A program made the position numbers and the translations under genes. From Squalus acanthias (lineage: Eukaryota): 64,000 nt of DNA. The notes beneath the pieces were generated by a model. The model worked only from the letters and a program-made list of their open reading frames with translations. It did no database searches and had not been told where the DNA came from. The stretch lies in NCBI GenBank assembly GCA_030390025.1, contig CM059433.1, forward strand, positions 22,322,001 through 22,386,000, in the 5' to 3' direction. This document shows, piece after piece, positions 57,119 to 64,000 of this stretch (its first letter is position 1; each line of letters begins with the position of its first letter).

Positions 57119-60029
57119 TCTATATATCCCAGGCGCTACGTGCAGCAGCGCCACACGCGCCGACACGTTGCACCGCGGTACTGCAGGCCTCTATCCCCTT
57201 ATTAAAGGGGAGGGGCCTTGAGCAGCATGAACCGGGGCGCAGCTGGGCCACCAGGGATAGGGGTGCTGGTAAAAGAGCCTGGCACTCAGGAGGAGTGCCA
57301 GGCAGCCCGATCGCGGCTGGCACCCACGTGGGGGGACGGCAGAGGGTGCAGGTGCTGGCAGGCGGCCACCAAAAGAAATGGCCGCCCGACACCTCCCTTT
57401 TAAATATCGCTGCCCCGGCCGCACGTACGCCCCCCTGACCCTGTCAGACATAGCATCCGACGGTACGTCAGGGGGTGCAACCGAAGTTTGCGGCCGGGGA
57501 GCGAACGGGGCGCTGCGCACGGCCATGACGTTGTCGCCGGAGACGCAGCGTCACGGGGCGCTATCGGCTACTGCCGCCACTAACCTCCCACTGAATTTCA
57601 TGGGAGGCATTAGTGGAGCCGTACCCAGGTGCTAGTTGCTTTGCGCCCCATCAGCACCTGCTTAGGTGCTAACAGGAGGCGCAAAGCAACCGAATTTTTC
57701 CCCCCATAGTCTTTTGTTGAAATGATCCAGGCTTCTACACGATTGAAAATGGCCTCAAGTCCTTGAGGGGACAGGTCCTGAAGTAATATTTGCTTCAGAA
57801 GATTTTGCAGTGAATCTGTGGTTTGGGTATAAAGCGTCGCCCACTCCTTTGTATTATCATTTGTGTCCAGGTCATTGTTCAGTTCTGGAGGTACCAAGCC
57901 GAAAGTCCTGCTCAGGCAGCTTTGAATCAATTGGCAGGTGTCAGCTTGGTTTGATTCAGTGTGTGGTTGCACGAGATGCGTGCAGGCGTTCATGACTAAC
58001 TGTCGAACAGGGCTCTGGAGCAGCTCTGGTGGCTCGGCCTCGATAAGCTCCTGCATGTATGTAAGCAGCACCCTGTTTCTGATAAAGTTGATGGGAAGTC
58101 TCCAGCGATTTAAATATAGGGATCTGGCTATCTGAGTCACGGTCTGTATTAGGCTGAGCTTTAGTGTGAGATCCCTAGATTCAGCCTTTATCCCCTGCCT
58201 ACTTGTAATTAAATGACTAACAGCTGGCAGAATGTGGCTCTCGATGTTGAACAGCAGTTCCTCAGGTGCGCAGACTGCCATGTTCCAATAGCACAGAACC
58301 AGTGTGCTCTTGACTTTATCCGATTCCTCATCAGCCTTGACCCTAAATCTGTTGGAGTTAGCAAACTCCTCCAGGCTACTGAGTGTATCATCAAAATGTG
58401 CCTTTGCACAGAATCCAATGGCGAGGGCTGCTCCCTATCTCTCCGCACTCTCACTGTGCTGCACACTCAGTAGCATTTGGTGAAGCTCCTCCCTTACGTT
58501 TTTAGTGTGGGTCTGGCGGAGCACTGACGCAAGAGATTTATATAGAAATCCCTTCTCTTGTGGGGAATGATGATTAGTGTTGATCTGTTTTGATATTTCT
58601 TCAGCGAGCTGACATGTCCATTCCTCATCATCAATCGTATTTAAAGCTAGGCACAGGACTGCCAATAATTTATTCTATCATTTTGATTGGGACAGAGACT
58701 CCTCTGAATTTTCCAGTAAATGGTCATCTAATGGTGCAAGCTCCTCTTCCCACCACCTCACTGATTCTGGGTGGATATTGAGACTCAGGACTTTCAGCAC
58801 ACTCAGTGCTGCAGCTCCTCGGCCTCCTCCCTGATACAGGCAACAAGTCACAATGAGAAGCCGGGTCAGCAGTGCCTGGGCTTTAGGGAGATTGGCATCT
58901 TCATTGTAAGTAAGGGAAAAACCTTCACTACCGGCTCGCAGTTTCTTTTTCCCAATATGTGTTGAACAACTGCAGATTATTGTTAAATCCTTACCAGGTC
59001 ACAGTGACAAACTCCAGTAAGGATGGCCAAAGGACATCCTCCATCTTCACTGCAGTTGTGATCAAACACATCACTCTTTCACATAGTATGACTAATTCTT
59101 CATCTGTTACTGGGTGTGGCTGATGATTGGGTGATATCAGGGTCCCTGAACCAACTGGTACAGCACACTGTTGGATGAGGAATTACACCTTTGCCTTTCC
59201 TCCCTCTGGCTCAAGGTAACCTTGCTGGGCCATGACACATATTACCTGGGCAATTAACTTCTTCTCCTGATTCCTACTCTTGTCTAGAAGTACTGGTTTT
59301 ATTGAAGCCACAACCTGAGCCTTCTTCCTTTCCAAGTGCGATGGGACCAATATGATGAGGTGCTTTAGTACAGTGAGTGTTCCTACTCTCATTTGTTGGT
59401 CAGCGTTCTCTAACTGAGATAGGAGAAACTTGACCATTTTGTCTGCATAAGAACTCTGAAACAGCAAAGGATCTCAGTCTGGATCTTCACAGCAAGATCA
59501 TCAGTAGACTCCAGCGAAACACAAAACTGCTGGTGGAGCTTGTTAAGCAGAATGTCCATTTGTGTTTTTAGCCCGAGACACTTTATCGCTGTCCCAACAT
59601 CCATCTCATGCAGAAACGCACAGTTTGTACCACTTTGCTGTATTTTGTCCACCTCTGGGTTTCTGTGTTGTCATGGTTTTCATTGTGAGGCCAGGTTACA
59701 TAACCCCTCAGTTGTGATGACGCCCTGGGTCATGTGCCCATATAAGTTCTGCCAGCTGTTTGTGGCAGTTTAAGGTGGGTGGTGGGGGTTAAGACCCAGA
59801 CCTGAGATACAGACCATATGGACAGGCAACATTCGCAACCCTTGGCAGCCATATTGGATTGAGAAGCTGTTTGTTCCTAATAAAGAACCCACAGCACCAT
59901 AGACACTTGGTGTACTTGTGACAAAAGATGTAGAAATGGGAGTGCTTAATGATGTCATCAGGAAGTTGCTGTGACATTGGTCCGTTGTGACATCAGAGCG
60001 GCCCTTTGTGACATCAGAGCGGTCTATTT

Positions 60030-61790
60030 TGACATTTGTTCTCTTCCCTCCTTAAAATCCTGGTTGTCTATTGCCTACCCCCCCCCCAGATTTCTCACCC
60101 ACACATCCTCCCTGCTTTCCTCCTTCTGCCTCTGCACTCAGTGACTTCTCATCCTCGGTCATTTCAATCTATGCAAGGACGGATGGGTCAAGGGTTGCTT
60201 TTTTTGAGGAAAGAGGTGATGACGGCAGATTTGAGGGAGAGAGAATCGTCAACAATATCAGCTAACATGGGGGCCAGAAAAGGAAGTTGAGTGGTCAACA
60301 GTTTAGTGGAAATAGGGTTGAGGGAGCAGGAAGTGGGTCTCATGGACAAAATGAGTTCAGACAGGGCATGAGGGGTGATCAGAGAGAAACTGGAGAAAGA
60401 TGCGAGTTCCGGGCTAGGGCAGGAGTGAACCTTAGAGGAAGTTTGGCTCGGTGAGCTAGGGGAAGGAAGGGCAATTGCAGAGGCAGCTGATCGGATGGTC
60501 TTATTCTTAGAGGCCAAGAAATCCATGAGATCCTCACACTTGATGTTGGAGATGTGGGTGGAGGAGACTGGGGAGAGGAGTTTAAGAAGACAGTTTTCAG
60601 TAGAGAAGAGACACCTGATCCTGTAATAGTGAACAGTTTTGGCAGACGAGAGCAGGACCTGTGGTCCAGCCAGATCTGGCGGTGAATGATTAAACCAGTT
60701 GTCTGACATATCCATTCAAGTCTGCATCCCTTGGACTTAAGGAAGCGGAGATGAAGGCCGCACCAGGGGGAACGGCCAGGGTGAGAGAGATTAAAGGTTT
60801 GAATAGGGACTAGGGCATCAAAGGTGGTGGTGAGGTTGTTGTGGAGCAGATCGGTAGCTGCAGAATTGTCGTGGTGAATGGAGGGCCAAAGGCTAGACAG
60901 TTGGGATTATGTAAGTGCAGTTGTAAGTGAGCTGGGAGATAATTTTTTCCAGGGGCGGACACAGAAGGAAATGGGGTTGGGGATGATAGAGGGGGATGTG
61001 GGTGGAGAGTGATACAAGGAAGTAGTCAGAGATGGCCTTATCTGAGATTGACACGATGGGTATAGCAAGGCCATGTGAGATGGCAAAGTCAAGGGGGTGG
61101 CCGTGAATATGTGTTGAAGAGTTTACATGGAGGGAGGGATTAAGGGAGGATACGAGGGCAGTAAATTCAGAGAAGAGAGAGCATGATGAATTGAGATGGA
61201 GGTTGAAATCACCAAGGATGAAAAGTCGTTCGGTGCAGAGGCTGAGGGAGGAAAGCAGTGAAGATATCTCGGTGAGATCATTTTTATGGTACTTGGGTGG
61301 GCGGTAGAGAATGAGGATATTAAATGAGAGGTGAGAGGGGTGGAACAAGGTGAGATGCTCAAAGGAGGAGAAAGTGCCAGAGGAGTAGGGGGATAGACCA
61401 AGGTGTGATTTGGTGATGAGAGCCACACTGCCACCATGACTGTTTGGGCAGGGCAAATGATTCAAGGTATAGCCAGGCGGGGAAACTTCTTTTAAGGGTA
61501 AGGTGTCATCACCCCTCAGCCAGGTTTCCGTAAGGGCCATGATGTCGATGCAATCATCCACGATAAGCTTATGGATGGCAAGGGCCTTGTTCACAAATGA
61601 ACAGACATTCTGGAGGGAGATGCAGAGAGGGGCGGCCATGGCTGATCTGCTGCAAGAGTCCACAGGGTCAGCACTGGGAGAGGTGAGTTGGACGGGGAGG
61701 AGAATGGCAAGATTAGCTCCCAGCGGGCGCTTTGAGCAGGAAGGTCGGCGACAGAGTAGGATGGAACAGTTGGGGTTGCTGCTCTTGAGG
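60030..61790 (-). mobile_element. L2 LINE ORF2 5' part (APE endonuclease and linker), decayed
   Basis: LQNVCSFVNK..DIMALTETWL, LYRPPK, ILGDFNLH, THIHGHPLD, AISDY, RPTSCSLNPI. Confidence 0.88.
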
Positions 61791-61794
61791 AACG

Positions 61795-62585
61795 CTCACT
61801 CAAACAGAAGAGGAGCTGGTGGAACTGTCCTGAGACCGCTCGAACAGAAGAGGAGATTGTGGAACTGTCCTCAGACCACTCGAACAGAAGAGGAGCTGGT
61901 GGAACTGTCCTGAGACCACTCGAACAGAAGAGGAGATTGTGGAACTGTCCTGAGACTGCTCGAACAGAAGAGGAGATTGTGGAACTGTCCTGAGACTACT
62001 CGAACAGAAGAGGAGATTGTGGAACTGTCCTGAGACTGCTCGAACAGAAGAGGAGATTGTGGAACTGTCCTGAGACTACTCGAACAGAAGAGGAGATTGT
62101 GGAACTGTCCTGAGACTACTCGAACAGAAGAGGAGATTGTGGAACTGTCCTCAGACCACTCGAACAGAAGAGGAGATTGTGGAACTGTCCTGAGACCGCT
62201 CGAACAGAAGAGAAGATTGTGGAACTGTCCTGAGACCACTCGAACAGATGAGGAGATTGTGGAACTGTCCTGAGACCACTCGAACAGAAGAGGAGATTGT
62301 GGAACTGTCCTGTCACCACTTGCTCGAACAGAAGAGGAGATTGTGGAACTGTCCTGTCACCACTTGCTCGAACAGAAGAGGGTCTGGTGGAACTGAACTT
62401 TTACCCTTCGCTCAAACAGAAGAGGAGCTGGTGGAACTCTCCTGTGTCCATTAGCTTGAACAGAAGCAGAACTGGTTGAACTGTCCTATGTCTGTTCGAA
62501 CAGAAGAGGAACTGGTGCATCTGTCCTGTGACCACACGTTCAAACAGAAGAGGAGCTGGTGGAACTATCTGGTGACCACTTGAAC
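61795..62585 (+). repeat. 40-bp minisatellite CGAACAGAAGAGGAGATTGTGGAACTGTCCTGAGACCACT
   Basis: Exact 40-bp period from 61841 to 62281, then degenerate units. Confidence 0.93.
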
Positions 62586-63402
62586 AGAAATTGAGGGCGA
62601 CGGTGACGTTGACTGCCACTGAGATCCGTGGTCGCCCTGATCTGAGGCTCGAGGTCTGGTTGCAGGAGGTGACAGAGTTCTGTGACCACCTCCTTGCTGA
62701 AGTGGAGCCTTCTAATACACTGCTCCTCGCATAATTGGAGGTTGGAGAAGTGCTCTCGGAATACCCTTGGAATATCCTATTGAGAGCCCTCATGGCCCTT
62801 CTCCTCCCTCTGCCCACATCTTCCAATTTTTCTCGTTGCCTCCGCTCCCTCCGCTGTCGATCCTGGAGGGCGAGGTCGACTGCCAGTACAGCCCCATTAA
62901 TGTAATCAAGTTTGGCACTTTGATATGTTGTGGGGATAAATGTAACTAATTGTTAGTAGCTACAACACTCCTGATACTAAACAACCTTTAAATGACTGAT
63001 TTAAACTGTTGCACAATGTCAAACTGACAAGGAAGCAGTGAAACACTACTAACCTGACAGCTGCGACTCATTATTAATGATCCCTTTAAGTAGCGCCCCT
63101 GGAGCCGGCATCCACCTGCTTGACACCGCTCCCTGTCACTGTCGGTGCAAGGCGCGAAGGCAGGGGCGACAATGAATTTTGCAGGTCGGGCGCCCAGTGA
63201 GCGTTGCAAGCTCACTGATGTCACGATCTGCCTGATGCTGCGGTCTCAGGCGGTAACTCATAGCAGCTGCGCTATGGGGGGAGGGGGCCGGATTTGGCGT
63301 GTGTCGCCGGATTCGCCTCGCCACGGCACTACTGCATCAGCGCCCCATTAGCGCCCCCGCCAGGCGCTAACTGGAGGCGCTAACCAACTGAATTTTTTCC
63401 CC
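62586..63402 (-). mobile_element. Truncated Harbinger (transposase-side end plus 5' transposase), same family as 24769-28844
   Basis: TIR ACTGAATTTTTTCCCC; reverse-complement homology to 24769-25590; translation ISVAVNVTVALNF. Confidence 0.88.
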
Positions 63403-63572
63403 ACTGTCTCTTTTGGAAAGTCTTGACAATCATTTTTCTCTGCGTATTTCGTAGCAGCAAAATGAGAGTGGAACCAAGGGAGCATTGAGGGCAAAGGAAG
63501 CTCACCATTGCTCTTATCAATTACCCCAGGCTAAGACGCTTTTGCAAAAAGCATGTCTACCAGATCCGAGAC

Positions 63573-64000
63573 CACAGTGAGAGCAGCGGGGATAAAAGGA
63601 GCGGGAGCGGAGGAGAGAGAGCACAGCGAGAGCGGTGGGGATAAAAGGAGCAGGAGCAGAGGAGAGAGAGCACAGCGAGAGTGCCGGGGATAAAAAGAGC
63701 AGGAGCAGAGGAGAGAGAGCACAGCGAGAGTGCCGGGGATAAAAAGAGCAGGAGCGGAGGAGAGAGAGCACAGCGAGAGCAGCGGGGATAAAAGGAATGG
63801 GAGCGGAGGAGATAGAGCACAGCGAGAGTGCTGGGGTTAAAAAGAGCAGGAGCGGAGGAGAGAGAGCACAGCGAGAGCAGCGGGGATAAAAGGAGCGGGA
63901 GCGGAGGAGAGAGAGCACAGTGAGAGCGGTGGGGATAAAAGGAGCGGGAGCGGAGGAGAGAGAGCACAGTGAGAGCGGCGGGGTTAAAAAGAGCAGGAGC
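63573..64000 (+). repeat. 49-bp purine-rich minisatellite running off the window end
   Basis: ATAAAA recurs at 63641, 63690, 63739 and onward; unit GAGCGGAGGAGAGAGAGCACAGCGAGAG..GGGGATAAAA. Confidence 0.92.

Larger units (their letters stand above)
53321..57704. mobile_element. Harbinger MITE (~750 bp: 53321-53486 + 57119-57704) inserted in the MROH-like CDS
   Basis: Ends AGGGGCAAAAATT / AATTTTTCCCCC; CGT/CAT TSD; GGCGC-rich subterminal regions. Confidence 0.82.
52330..59960 (-). pseudogene. Intronless MROH1-like (maestro HEAT-like repeat) pseudogene: segments 59960-57705 and 53320-52330, with an internal deletion near 52620
   Basis: Translations KFLLSQLE..MRVGTLTVLKHLI..IAQVICVMAQQGYLEPEGG, EKGFLYKSL, DLTLKLSLIQTV and LIGRR..RCADPLLPVRQMA resemble vertebrate MROH1/MROH2B as recalled. 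STKDY|ERERAM rejoins across the insertion. Many stops and frameshifts; AATAAA at ~52282-52287 (minus strand). Confidence 0.8.

Noticed and set aside
24769..63402. 38-kb composite transposon bounded by two inverted same-family Harbinger ends
   Set aside because: Outer flanks (ATA vs ACT) give no TSD, and both ends are the same transposase-side end.

Overview
Eukaryotic, repeat-dominated vertebrate DNA. The mix of CR1 and L2 LINEs, a DeuSINE and Penelope-type fragments suggests a cartilaginous fish (inference). No intact host gene is seen. (1) 651-11413: a pile-up of PIF/Harbinger DNA transposons inside one CR1 LINE. It holds two inverted ~893-bp non-autonomous copies, a ~190-bp MITE, and two head-to-head ~4.2-kb two-gene elements (HARBI1-like DDE transposase plus 3-exon Myb/SANT gene); one has an intact 386-aa transposase ORF and a perfect TAT target duplication. 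(2) 11.4-24.7 kb: CR1, L2, a tRNA-headed APE-RT LINE with no recognisable ORF1, a DeuSINE, Penelope-like hammerhead fragments and two more Harbinger derivatives. (3) 24.8-28.8 kb: a decayed Harbinger of a sister family. (4) 29.7-52.2 kb: a ~19.5-kb strand-asymmetric 19/20-bp satellite with higher-order structure and two embedded hammerhead-like Penelope fragments, followed by ~3 kb of (GT)n/TGAGGG. (5) 52.3-60 kb: an intronless, disrupted MROH1-like (maestro HEAT-repeat) sequence split by a three-level nest (Harbinger MITE > LINE > Harbinger). (6) 60-64 kb: an L2 fragment, 40-bp and 49-bp minisatellites and a truncated Harbinger. All family assignments come from motif recognition by eye; no database searches were run.
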